27,376 nt of DNA from a virus (lineage: Duplodnaviria; Caudoviricetes): the IMG/VR virus record IMGVR_UViG_3300005528_000161, positions 1 to 27,376 of that record; one strand, 5' to 3'. Numbering within the stretch: position 1 is the first letter of the stretch; the number at the start of each line of letters is the position of its first letter. Made by a program: the position numbers and the translations under genes. The notes beneath the pieces are model-generated. The model was not told where the DNA came from and did no database searches. It saw only the letters and a program-made list of their open reading frames with translations. Shown here piece after piece: positions 1 through 9,092 of this stretch.

Positions 1-147
1 GATTTGAAGGATGGTATACACAGCAACGAGGACCTGCACGATATCTGCGATAGGCAGACCAAACAGGGTCAGCCCGCTCGTAGCAAGCGCTGGGCCAGCA
101 CGAACGGCGTACTCGCCCAACTCGTTGTTCATTGTTCTTGTACTCAT
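1..147 (-). CDS. Holin, T7 gp17.5-like (runs off window edge, 3'-truncated; absent from ORF track)
   Basis: Manual translation from ATG at 147: MSTRTMNNELGEYAVRAGPALATSGLTLFGLPIADIVQVLVAVYTILQI... The hydrophobic 'tlfGlp..d.v.vl.avYt.lQi' pattern resembles T7-type class II holins. It follows the tail genes, and its ATG is 1 nt after the upstream TAA. Confidence 0.8.
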   Translation of the reverse strand, partial: MSTRTMNNELGEYAVRAGPALATSGLTLFGLPIADIVQVLVAVYTILQI

Positions 148-148
148 G

Positions 149-1501
149 TTATACAGGGTTTAACGATGTGGAACCAAACTTGTAGCTAAGCGGGCTAAGG
201 GTGTTTCCCGCACTAAGGCTGGGCTTAAGAATATTAGTGATGGACACGTCGCTTAAAGTCAAAGCTTGGTTGGTGACAGTTATGTTTATAGCACCGTAGG
301 TTATGCCGGCAGTTTTTCCTGCTCCTGCCCAATCAATCGGAATTTTACCCAATAGGACATTAGAACTGCCCATTCCAGAAAAGTGGATAAACTCTTTGGA
401 TAGTGCCATGTCTTTGGGAGCGAGAGAACTTCCTATAAAAGTCTTACTCCACAGCAAGCCGCCACTTTCCGACAGCTTGACCAAAGTAATCCCGTTACCC
501 ATATCCCCGAGTACGTATACTGACCCGACGGGATCAACGACAACGGAGGCCAGAAACCCACTACCCAAGCTTTTAGCCCACTTGAGTGTTCCTGAGGAGC
601 TTAGGCATAAAACGGCGTTATCCCAAATGCCGAAGTTCTGGCCGACAATGAATACGTCTCCGTTAGGACTTAATGCAATAGCGCTAGAACGAAACGGATT
701 GTCCGTTGGGTCATATATCCCGTTTATTCTTTTTTGGAATAGTACATTGCCGGCAGGGTCTAACTTAACTACTATGCTTCGACCCTCGGTTGAAATAGCG
801 TACGAGTTACCCTGACTATCAACACATACACCACCAAAATTTTGGGGGTGCTGTGAACTAGAGTACTCAAATCCCCGCACCCACTGGACACCGCTGGACT
901 GCGATACTTTGATTACAGAGGCCCTAGTATACGGGCTGTCAAAGTCGATGTACTCAGCAGCGTAAAAAGAAATGTCCTCTGAATAGTAGGCACTATTGAA
1001 GACACGAACCAGCCCACCTCCTAAGTCCCAAGGCTTGTCCTGCACTCTTATTGAGGTCTGTCTGGCTATAGACCCGTAAGAGTTAAGTCGGACGAAGGTA
1101 GTCCTTATTGGGTCGGCGGCTGACCAAGGGTTAGGCAAAATTACCAAAGGCAACTCAATGTCACCGCTACCGTACAACACTGGCTTTGGGGCGTAATAAC
1201 CGTTTGCATTGCAGTAAGTGGAATAAACCACTTCACCGAAACGATCTACCTTAGTGGTAATTACCTCTCTGGAGTTAACAGGATACAAGTCCGATACTAC
1301 CGAAAGGTAGGTCTCACCAGCAGGTGTTACGGCGAGCTTTGCGTCTGTGAACTGCCCGCCATCTTTACGGAATAAAGAGAGCCAGCTTTCAGGCCCGGCT
1401 GAGCTTCCTAGACTAAATCTTCCAGACAGGCTCTCGCCGGGCCGTACTAATTTTTGCTTTGGAAACACCAGCGATTGCGGAGGCATTCCCAGCAGGGCCA
1501 T
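149..1501 (-). CDS. Beta-propeller protein, probable receptor-binding/tail accessory protein
   Basis: 450 aa with recurring blade motifs: TKVDRFGEVVYSTY, VRLNSYGSIARQTSI, IKVSQSSGVQWVRGF, VKLDPAGNVLFQKRI, LCLSSSGTLKWAKSL, VKLSESGGLLWSKTF. It sits in the tail-fibre locus and has a TAATG overlap with the upstream gene. Confidence 0.65.
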   Translation of the reverse strand: MALLGMPPQSLVFPKQKLVRPGESLSGRFSLGSSAGPESWLSLFRKDGGQFTDAKLAVTPAGETYLSVVSDLYPVNSREVITTKVDRFGEVVYSTYCNANGYYAPKPVLYGSGDIELPLVILPNPWSAADPIRTTFVRLNSYGSIARQTSIRVQDKPWDLGGGLVRVFNSAYYSEDISFYAAEYIDFDSPYTRASVIKVSQSSGVQWVRGFEYSSSQHPQNFGGVCVDSQGNSYAISTEGRSIVVKLDPAGNVLFQKRINGIYDPTDNPFRSSAIALSPNGDVFIVGQNFGIWDNAVLCLSSSGTLKWAKSLGSGFLASVVVDPVGSVYVLGDMGNGITLVKLSESGGLLWSKTFIGSSLAPKDMALSKEFIHFSGMGSSNVLLGKIPIDWAGAGKTAGITYGAINITVTNQALTLSDVSITNILKPSLSAGNTLSPLSYKFGSTSLNPV

Positions 1502-1911
1502 TAGTAGCTGGCCCCTTGGGCGTCCGCGACGAAGCTGGCTACGCCTGCCGCGCCAAGCACAAGCTGGTCGCCGGAGTTAAGAAACAGCGGGTTGTTTTCA
1601 GAGAACCCAAAATCCACTGGCTCAAGCTTAGCAGCGCCGAGAGAAACTACCGGCAGAACGACGGAGTTAATCGGGAAGAAGGAGGCACCAACTTTACGCC
1701 AAAGATCAACCCGCACCGCCGTAGCGTTCGCTTGGAAAGGCGTAAGCTTAAGAGAAGTGATCCGGTCCCCGTCGAGAGAGCCGGTCGCCAGCGTAACCAG
1801 ACCAGAGCCTGTAGGCGCAGTCAGTGTGCCGGTGTAAGCGGTGTTGTTATTCTGCGCAGTCCACGACTTAGGCGTCTGCGGCGTGATCGCGCTATTAGGC
1901 GTCTTAGCCAT
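1501..1911 (-). CDS. Small tail-associated protein (beta-rich; possible fibre/RBP connector)
   Basis: 136 aa, SD AAGGA, located between the gp17-like adaptor and the beta-propeller gene. Function is inferred from position only. Confidence 0.55.
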   Translation of the reverse strand: MAKTPNSAITPQTPKSWTAQNNNTAYTGTLTAPTGSGLVTLATGSLDGDRITSLKLTPFQANATAVRVDLWRKVGASFFPINSVVLPVVSLGAAKLEPVDFGFSENNPLFLNSGDQLVLGAAGVASFVADAQGASY

Positions 1912-1920
1912 TGTTATTCC

Positions 1921-2667
1921 TTAGCGAAGCGCTATGCAAAGAAGGAAGCCTTCCATGCTTTTAGCGCGATTAGTTTCTATGTTGACCTTGTTAGTCGCAT
2001 CCGCAGCAGCGGCGGTTTGGGCAGCAGTAGCCTTAGTCGTCGCGTCCGTAGCCGCCGTTGTAACAGCAGCGCTGAGATTTGCAGAAGTCGCGTATGAGCC
2101 CAAAGCAGACGTAACGTAGCTTTGCGTAGCAATAGCTGATCCGGCGATTTGTGTCCCTACAGGGAAGTTCTGACCGACTGTCCAGTTATTCGCCACGTTG
2201 CCCCGAAGGAACAAAGTGAAGTCCCCGTTGATCGTAGCCTGAGCAAACGTGATAGCTTGTTCAGAGTTAATCAGGGCTTGGTGCGCTTCGTTAGCAAACA
2301 GGTTAAGTCTGTCCACCATTTCAGCGGAAACGAAGACGGACTGTTTAGCGATGAAGTCAAGGTTTGTTTCGTTGATGATAGCTCCATCGAGGAAGTCCGC
2401 TACGGGCAAATCCTTTGGAGTATCACGATAGATTGTGAGAGTGTGGCCGTTAGGAACCGGAGGTGTAATAGTCACTTGGTTCGGGCCAACCCACGACAAC
2501 ACTTGCGTCGTGTTTACATCGGCAAGAGAAGTCGAGTATGCTTTGACGTGGTCACGTCGGATGTAGCCACCAGAAAAGTTTAAGTCCCACGTAGTCTTTA
2601 CACCGTCGCCGGTGAACGTGTTAATGGAGAACTTAGCGCTAGTAGCCAGCATCGGGTCAAGAGACAT
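1921..2667 (-). CDS. Tail fibre adaptor protein (T7 gp17 N-terminal anchor domain plus short coiled coil)
   Basis: Motifs FTGDGVKTTWDLNFSGGYIRRDHVKAY, TLTIYRDTP and DFLDGAIINETNLD match the gp17 N-terminal domain. Ala/Thr-rich C-terminus, GGAGG SD, follows the gp16-like gene. Confidence 0.85.
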   Translation of the reverse strand: MSLDPMLATSAKFSINTFTGDGVKTTWDLNFSGGYIRRDHVKAYSTSLADVNTTQVLSWVGPNQVTITPPVPNGHTLTIYRDTPKDLPVADFLDGAIINETNLDFIAKQSVFVSAEMVDRLNLFANEAHQALINSEQAITFAQATINGDFTLFLRGNVANNWTVGQNFPVGTQIAGSAIATQSYVTSALGSYATSANLSAAVTTAATDATTKATAAQTAAAADATNKVNIETNRAKSMEGFLLCIALR

Positions 2668-2697
2668 GCTCTGTTCCTCCGATGTTAAGGTTGAACT

Positions 2698-2715
2698 CTG
2701 TGCCCGATGGTATCA
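2698..2715 (-). promoter_or_regulatory. Putative phage RNA polymerase promoter (copy 2) TGATACCATCGGGCACAG
   Basis: Exact 18-bp match to 18305..18322. Intergenic, upstream of the tail adaptor gene. Same 17 nt + G length as the T7 promoter core. Confidence 0.8.
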
Positions 2716-2727
2716 TTTCCAAAGGGC

Positions 2728-2757
2728 AGCGGCCCGCCCCGTTAAGGACAGGCCGCT
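2728..2757 (-). terminator. Stem-loop after gp16-like gene (terminator or processing/stability hairpin)
   Basis: AGCGGCCUGUCCU-UAAC-GGGGCGGGCCGCU, 13 bp including G-U pairs. Only a weak U run follows (GCCCUUUGG). Confidence 0.5.
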
Positions 2758-2762
2758 AGTTG

Positions 2763-5700
2763 TTATTCGTCCTCTTGCTTTGTGAAGTTTACAAGAGGTT
2801 GGATATAAGGGAGATTACTGAACGGCATCGCTCGCAAGAGCTTGTGAGGATCACCGCGCACTCCCGCGTACAGGTCTTCGATCAGAGAAGCCCCCGGGGC
2901 TATGACGCCTCCTAGGAACTTGTTCTGACCGCCGCCACGAACGCCGATGGTCTCCGCGAAGTCCCGGCCCTCGTCTCCGAACCAGCTAGAGAACGCCCCG
3001 ACACCGACGTCGTAGATGTCCCCGAGAAGGCCGGAGGCTGAGGCGTAACCCATCGTAGCCCGCACAAACGCGCCGACATCCATGTTCTTCTGGATATACT
3101 CCTCGCGCTCACTCCGGGACATACCAAGCGTCCTAGCATGAACGCGGGCGGCATGGATGGGAGCAGCGAACGACATAGCGCCTAGAAGGTACATTGCGGA
3201 CTTAAGCGCCCCGTAGTTCCTAGCGTTCCTTCCCCACTGCTTTTCTACAGCGGTAAGGCTGAACGTCCGGAACTGTGCCAGTATCTTTAGGAAGCCATTG
3301 TGCGCCCACTTTCCGGTTTCCCCGGTGTAAGTGCGCTGGATGATCTGAGAAGCACCACGCTCAATCGCGTCTCGCATCTCCATAATATCCTCTTCCAACA
3401 TCTTAGACTTAAACAGGTCAAGCTTAGTCAGGTTGCCCTTACCGTCGAACTCTGCGATGTTAGGAAGGTCTGCTTTGATCTTCGCTTGGAGCTTCGGGCT
3501 AATGCCCATGTCCCTGATAGCAGCGTCGTCTAAACCGTCACGGGTGATCTTCATAAGCTTATGAACGATCTGTTCTGCCATACCACGGGTCTGCACCGCC
3601 GTAATCATTCGGTGCCCGGACAGGATAGCTTGCAAGTTTCCACCCAAGCGAAGGGCTCGTGACGTAACCCCGATGTTCTCGGTTCCGTACATCTTGATGC
3701 TGTTATCAGGTACGTCCCAAAGACGGGTAAGCGTGTACTCGTCAAGACCAATGTGTCCACCGAGAAGGTCGATACTGTCTAGAATAGGGTTCTTCGCATG
3801 ACCACCTTTAGTGATCTGTCCGACTTCTTTAATCAGTCGGGGCATAGACCCGATAGCGTTAAAGGTGCGGTGTAGACCAACAGCAGCTAGCCCGTTGCCG
3901 TACTCACCGAACTGTGTAAAGCCCATGCCACCTAGACGGGACAGACTGGTAGCAATCCGGATGTTGTCCATGTAGTTATGGTTATGGCTTCCATAGGACA
4001 GGTTCAGGAACTCGGAAGAGATTTGATCGAATGCAGCCATGTCCCCTTCGGAGGCATTGCTAGCCTTCATCGCCTGCTTAAGAACATCAAGCCCCTTCTT
4101 GCCCATAATGCCGTATTGAGCCAGAGCCACTTCTCCAGATACACGACGAGCGTAGGACCGATACAGCGCCGTAATGTCCGTGCTGAATAGGTCGATAAGC
4201 TTCATGTCGTCTCCGATGTCCGCCAGCAGGTCAAGGCGCAGACGTCCCTTGGTATGACCAGCGCCACCCCGAGAGAACTTCGCCAGAAGCCTATCGGCGT
4301 CATGGGACTCTATTCCTAGTGCCTTCAAGGTGTCATTGACAATGTCAGCAGCTTCTGGATCGTGTAGGTTAAAGGGAACTTGTCCCATCCCGTACCGCTT
4401 GTCGATAGCCCGCTCTAAGTACTTAGCAGCCAACGTATCAGAGAACTTGCGGTCATAACCCATCTCCGAGACAAACTGGTTCGACAGGATTTTGCGCACA
4501 TTGTCTTGCTGGACCCGGGACAGCTTAGCTACAGCCTTGGGATCAAGCCTGTGCATGAAGTACCCGGTTGATGTGTTGCCAAGCCTAGCAGCGCCCACCG
4601 TGCCGACATGTTGCTGTTCGATACGCATGTGGTCCATGCCCTTCTCAAACAGGTCAGCCGCTGCCGACACCGCAGGGTGCGCCGGAGGGGCCACACGCTC
4701 TATGTCAGGAGGCAGGTTGCGGCTCTCGATCTCAATGGCTACCGCCCTGCCGAAGTCCGCACGGACGTCGCCCTTGACCGCGTCAAGGGCGATGTGTACG
4801 CCACGCTCGTTCCGGTACAGGTGATACAGGTCGTCGTAGCCAACCATGTGCCGGTTGTATAGGCGCTCCCGTACGACTTGGGACATAGCGGCAGTACGTC
4901 TGCGCCCGCCGGCACCTGTGGTACCTTCGAGGAGCATCTGCCCAACGCTGCGGGCTACCGGACTGTTAGACGACATAAGCGTCATGCCGGTGCTTTCCCA
5001 GCCACGGTCATCGCCCGCCTTCACCTTAGCTAGAACAGACGTGACCCCCTTTGTGTCCACAGGGTTAGCCTTAGACATCGCCTCTGAACGAGCGATCAAC
5101 TCGGCTACGACACTACGCTCTGTTTCATCTGACACGGCGGCGAGGTTGTACCTAGCGCTGATGTCGTTTAAGACTTCGCTGTTAGTCGTGAGATGCGCCG
5201 CAGGGTCGTCTTGCAGGAACTTCATCTGAGCGTCAACCGGAGCGAGAGAAATACGTAAGGTATCCCTAAGCTCCCAAGCATCCCTCTTTGTGACTTCCTC
5301 CATAATCTCGTCCGGAGTAGCGTCTGGGCCCAAGTCGTCTTGTACAGACTTGAAGCGCGTGAATTCCTTTTCAGCCGCCTCCCGTTGGAACTTAGAGGCT
5401 AGGTTCCGCAAGGTCTCGTCGTTCACGCCTTTGATGACAAACGGGGATACTGCGGCCCCCATAAACAGACCGAGCCCGCCGTCAATGGCGTAATCCATCG
5501 TAGTCTTGTGGTCGCCCAAAGCGTCAAGAGTGGCGTCCGCCAGAAGGTTAGCCCCGGCACCCTCAGCCATAAGAGAGGCTACGCCAGCAGCCACGTTAGG
5601 CTTCACTTCCGCCTGAGCCGCGACTGCCGCTCTTCCGGGAGTGATCACCTCAGCAGAGTTTTTCGGACCAACCATAAGCGGCACAGTGCGCCTCTTGGTT

Positions 5701-6887
5701 ACACCGTTCTCGACGTAGGTCTCGACTGTGGTTAGGAACGGGTGAGGCTTCTGAGCCACAGGCGTGAGCTTCGTGACAGCTTCAACGGCTTCCTCAGCCG
5801 CTACCGCCTTCTTACCGCTAAGCAGTACTCTTGAGCCAACGCCAAAGACTTGAAGACCCTTTCCAACTCCAGCCCCCAAGGCCAGACCAGCCGGGTCTGT
5901 GACCGACGCCAGCCCACCGTAGATCAGCGCGTCAGACGTGCTCTTGGCATAAACCTCTTGGTGTCCGCGCCGTTCGGCGATGTCTTGCTGGATTTGGGCC
6001 AACTCAGCCTTACTGCGGGCTCTCCTTAGACGGCTAGCCTCATGCTCGTTCTGCGCGAACTTCTCGATCTCTTTCCAGTTCTCCACATAGTACCGTCCGA
6101 AGCCTTCCTCCTGTTCGGGATGGTCTCTGGTGAACTGCTTGATAATAGAGGCGGTAAGCGTAAGATCAGCAGCAGCGTGAGCGAACTTCTGTACGGGAGA
6201 AAAGCTGTTGTCAATCGAGTGCTGCATCCCGGCACCAGCCTCTCGGCTCTGCGCATCTTGGATAGCAGCCTTATTCGTCGTCATCCTTTTCAGAGGAGCG
6301 GATGGAGACAGCGCCTCAGCGACCAGCTTGTCCTTGTCCGCATGTTCTGGCATACGAACCTGTCCAGACCTAAGGGCTTTCTCCATGTCCTTAGGAGCGA
6401 TGTCGAGAGAGGAACCAGTCGGCATGTCCGTAAGGTCCCGCATAGTGAGGGTCTTGCCCTTGATCTTAGCGCCCATAGCGTTCTGATCTGCGGTATAGTC
6501 GTGACCGAGTACCTTGCCAACGTAGGCGCGGGTCTCTTCGTTGTTCCAGTTTGTCCTGTCAGTGCCTGCGTTGTAGATACGCAGGGCGTCATTCAGGTTG
6601 CCCTTAGCAAGCCCCATATTCTCGCGCATAGTCAGCGCGGAGACATACAGGCTTTCAGTGAAATCGTTCGGGTTGTATTGCGCCCCGGTGCGCTTCTCCC
6701 AAGTCTGCCTAGTAGCAGGCATAAGACCAAAGTGTCCCTCAGCACCAGCAGGCGATAGCATGTTCTTGCCTTCGCTGCTTTCAGTGCGCCAGATGCCTTG
6801 GAAGACCTCAGGCGACACGCCAGCGAACTCTGCCGCCAGCTTGAACTGATCTGCACGGGCCTTGCCCCTTAGATCGGATAGTTTCAT
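2763..6887 (-). CDS. Internal virion protein, T7 gp16-like, with N-terminal lytic transglycosylase domain
   Basis: 1374 aa. N-terminal SLT motifs: catalytic E in RTESS, SPAGAEGHFGLMPAT, YNAG. It is the last and largest of three internal virion genes and precedes the tail fibre. Confidence 0.88.
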   Translation of the reverse strand: MKLSDLRGKARADQFKLAAEFAGVSPEVFQGIWRTESSEGKNMLSPAGAEGHFGLMPATRQTWEKRTGAQYNPNDFTESLYVSALTMRENMGLAKGNLNDALRIYNAGTDRTNWNNEETRAYVGKVLGHDYTADQNAMGAKIKGKTLTMRDLTDMPTGSSLDIAPKDMEKALRSGQVRMPEHADKDKLVAEALSPSAPLKRMTTNKAAIQDAQSREAGAGMQHSIDNSFSPVQKFAHAAADLTLTASIIKQFTRDHPEQEEGFGRYYVENWKEIEKFAQNEHEASRLRRARSKAELAQIQQDIAERRGHQEVYAKSTSDALIYGGLASVTDPAGLALGAGVGKGLQVFGVGSRVLLSGKKAVAAEEAVEAVTKLTPVAQKPHPFLTTVETYVENGVTKRRTVPLMVGPKNSAEVITPGRAAVAAQAEVKPNVAAGVASLMAEGAGANLLADATLDALGDHKTTMDYAIDGGLGLFMGAAVSPFVIKGVNDETLRNLASKFQREAAEKEFTRFKSVQDDLGPDATPDEIMEEVTKRDAWELRDTLRISLAPVDAQMKFLQDDPAAHLTTNSEVLNDISARYNLAAVSDETERSVVAELIARSEAMSKANPVDTKGVTSVLAKVKAGDDRGWESTGMTLMSSNSPVARSVGQMLLEGTTGAGGRRRTAAMSQVVRERLYNRHMVGYDDLYHLYRNERGVHIALDAVKGDVRADFGRAVAIEIESRNLPPDIERVAPPAHPAVSAAADLFEKGMDHMRIEQQHVGTVGAARLGNTSTGYFMHRLDPKAVAKLSRVQQDNVRKILSNQFVSEMGYDRKFSDTLAAKYLERAIDKRYGMGQVPFNLHDPEAADIVNDTLKALGIESHDADRLLAKFSRGGAGHTKGRLRLDLLADIGDDMKLIDLFSTDITALYRSYARRVSGEVALAQYGIMGKKGLDVLKQAMKASNASEGDMAAFDQISSEFLNLSYGSHNHNYMDNIRIATSLSRLGGMGFTQFGEYGNGLAAVGLHRTFNAIGSMPRLIKEVGQITKGGHAKNPILDSIDLLGGHIGLDEYTLTRLWDVPDNSIKMYGTENIGVTSRALRLGGNLQAILSGHRMITAVQTRGMAEQIVHKLMKITRDGLDDAAIRDMGISPKLQAKIKADLPNIAEFDGKGNLTKLDLFKSKMLEEDIMEMRDAIERGASQIIQRTYTGETGKWAHNGFLKILAQFRTFSLTAVEKQWGRNARNYGALKSAMYLLGAMSFAAPIHAARVHARTLGMSRSEREEYIQKNMDVGAFVRATMGYASASGLLGDIYDVGVGAFSSWFGDEGRDFAETIGVRGGGQNKFLGGVIAPGASLIEDLYAGVRGDPHKLLRAMPFSNLPYIQPLVNFTKQEDE

Positions 6888-6900
6888 GGTGTCTCCAGTT

Positions 6901-6930
6901 AAAAGGAGAGAGGGGCCTAAGCCCCTCCCT
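6901..6930 (-). terminator. Stem-loop between gp15-like and gp16-like genes (terminator/attenuator-like)
   Basis: AGGGAGGGGC-UUAG-GCCCCUCUCU followed by CCUUUUAA. Confidence 0.55.
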
Positions 6931-9089
6931 TATTTATTCCCGCGAGGAATTACTCCCCAATCGGTAGGCGCGGTAAAGCCCTTTAGAACCTTGTTACGGA
7001 TCATCTGCTCTTTACGCCTCTCCAAGTCTTTCACTGTGAAGGTGATAAGCTTGGTCTCTCCATCACCGTCGATACCGGCGATAAAGACTTGGCTACCCTG
7101 ACGGGCGATATCGTACTCCCTAAGACGACCAACACCCATTGCTTTGAAGCGTTCGTCAACTTCGGAGTTGAATACCTTACCGAAAGCGTCAGCCTGAATT
7201 CCGGTAGCTTGCCACAACGGTTGGGTACCCTTGGGATTGTTCCAAGCGAACCTGCCGTAGTGCTCTAGCCTACCTGTGGCGATAGCTTTGTCGTACCCCT
7301 GTTTAGCCAGCGCCGGCACGCTCGCTGAACCGTACTTACGATTTACAGCCACGTACCCCTCGATAGTGCGAGAGATCACGACTTCTGCGCTGTCAGACAA
7401 CTCTGCGTTTCCGATACCTAGGAAGCCGCCGTCAATGCGCTTAAGCTCGTCTTTAACAGCCGCCCGGGCTTCTTTCCTGTCCTCTTGTCGAAGCATGGAT
7501 TGATCGTAGGCAGTCACGTTACCGAAGGCCCGTGTCCAAGCTAGGGCCGGGTTCATACCCGTCTGGATCATGTCGTCCATGTGGGACAGCGCCGTGTGGT
7601 ACTGGTCCCCGAAGTACGTAGCAGCAGCGCCGCCGTTCACGTCGTACAGCTTCTTCCATGTGTCGAAGGTCCGGGCGGTCTCGTCGGTCCAGCCTTCTGT
7701 GAGGCTGGTCGTGACCCCGGATTGAAGCTGCTCCGCGACCTTGCCGGAATGCCACCCGCGACTGGTCACGAACACCCGGGCAAGGTCCTCTGCCCGCCCC
7801 GCCTTGACCGCCTCGTGCGCGGAGGCGTCCATCTGCCACGGCTCGACTTGCTTCTTGATGAGCGCATCATGAATGTCGCCGCTGGCCCACACCGTCTGGG
7901 CGACAGCAGCCTCAGCAGCCGCCTTCTCCCGGACCATGCGCTCCTCGTGCGCCCAATTCGCCTCCCGGTCCGCAATGGCGTCCAGACGGGCTTGGTTCCT
8001 CAGGGCAGTCGCCCGGGTCAATTCGATCACGTCTGTAGCCCCACCCTCAATCGCCTTGGCGTCAAACAGTTCGACGTCCCTAACGCCGGTCAGCTTTCTA
8101 GCCGCCTCGTTAAGAGCGTGGTACCTAGCCGCCGCCGCATTCGGACTGATCCTCTCGAACTTCACATCCTCTTTAAGAGCGAGGATTTGAGGCAGGAGTT
8201 GGAAGCGGGCCTGTTCGATAGCCCGACCGCCTTCGGAAACGTAGGCTTTCTCGATAGCGGCGGCGTCCTTCTCGTCCATTAGATCGAGAAGGCCCCGGCC
8301 CTTCATCGCCTCAAAGGCGTAGAAGTTTCCCTCTCGAAGCATCCGCCTAGAGGCGAGGCCAAGGGCCTTTTTGTAGCTAGAAGAAGTCTGCCCATACGGG
8401 ATAGGCAGGGTACCCAAAAACTGTTCTTCCCCCTGCACAATGGCTTGGGTTAGTTCTTGAGACGGTTCCGTGGTACGGGCCTGATCCACATATAGCTTCT
8501 GCATAAGCCCGGCTTGACCGGCTATAGCTTCAACCTGTGCTTCGACACCCTGCTCTTGCTGCCATTCAAAGCGGGCTTTGAGAACGGTGTTGATAGCAGG
8601 TCCCATCTGCTCCATCATCTGCTTCTGGACAATGGCGTCAGTCCAATCGTTACCCGTTAGCAGCTTTTGGCTGTCTTCCGCAAACTTCTTAGAAAGCTCC
8701 TCTGGAGGCAGCCTTTTAAGATTGTCCACATCTTCGAGATAGCTCCTTACCTGCTTAGTAACAAGAGCGTTACCGCGGTAGAAAGCAGCTCCCTCTCTGT
8801 AGCCATCAGGACCCCAAATCTTAGAGATCGGGCCACCGTCGTCGATAGCTTCAACTTCCGCACCAACGGCTTGTTGCGCCATGTAGCCGTTGTAGAAAGC
8901 CTCGTCCTGCTTGCGCTTGATGTACGGCTCTACCAGCCTACCAAGGAACTCCGGGATAGAGTTGTCATTGTATGTGTCAGTGAACGGAGTAGCCCTAACT
9001 ACTCCGCCACCGGATTGACTAACGCCCATGCGCAAGTTTTGTCGCGGGTCTTGCCCTGCGAACTGCTCGCGTGGATCACCTAGTGCCAA
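6930..9089 (-). CDS. Internal virion protein, T7 gp15-like
   Basis: 719-aa predominantly helical protein in the middle position of the three-gene ejection cluster. TTG start with a GGAGG SD. Confidence 0.75.
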   Translation of the reverse strand: MALGDPREQFAGQDPRQNLRMGVSQSGGGVVRATPFTDTYNDNSIPEFLGRLVEPYIKRKQDEAFYNGYMAQQAVGAEVEAIDDGGPISKIWGPDGYREGAAFYRGNALVTKQVRSYLEDVDNLKRLPPEELSKKFAEDSQKLLTGNDWTDAIVQKQMMEQMGPAINTVLKARFEWQQEQGVEAQVEAIAGQAGLMQKLYVDQARTTEPSQELTQAIVQGEEQFLGTLPIPYGQTSSSYKKALGLASRRMLREGNFYAFEAMKGRGLLDLMDEKDAAAIEKAYVSEGGRAIEQARFQLLPQILALKEDVKFERISPNAAAARYHALNEAARKLTGVRDVELFDAKAIEGGATDVIELTRATALRNQARLDAIADREANWAHEERMVREKAAAEAAVAQTVWASGDIHDALIKKQVEPWQMDASAHEAVKAGRAEDLARVFVTSRGWHSGKVAEQLQSGVTTSLTEGWTDETARTFDTWKKLYDVNGGAAATYFGDQYHTALSHMDDMIQTGMNPALAWTRAFGNVTAYDQSMLRQEDRKEARAAVKDELKRIDGGFLGIGNAELSDSAEVVISRTIEGYVAVNRKYGSASVPALAKQGYDKAIATGRLEHYGRFAWNNPKGTQPLWQATGIQADAFGKVFNSEVDERFKAMGVGRLREYDIARQGSQVFIAGIDGDGETKLITFTVKDLERRKEQMIRNKVLKGFTAPTDWGVIPRGNK

Positions 9090-9092
9090 GAG

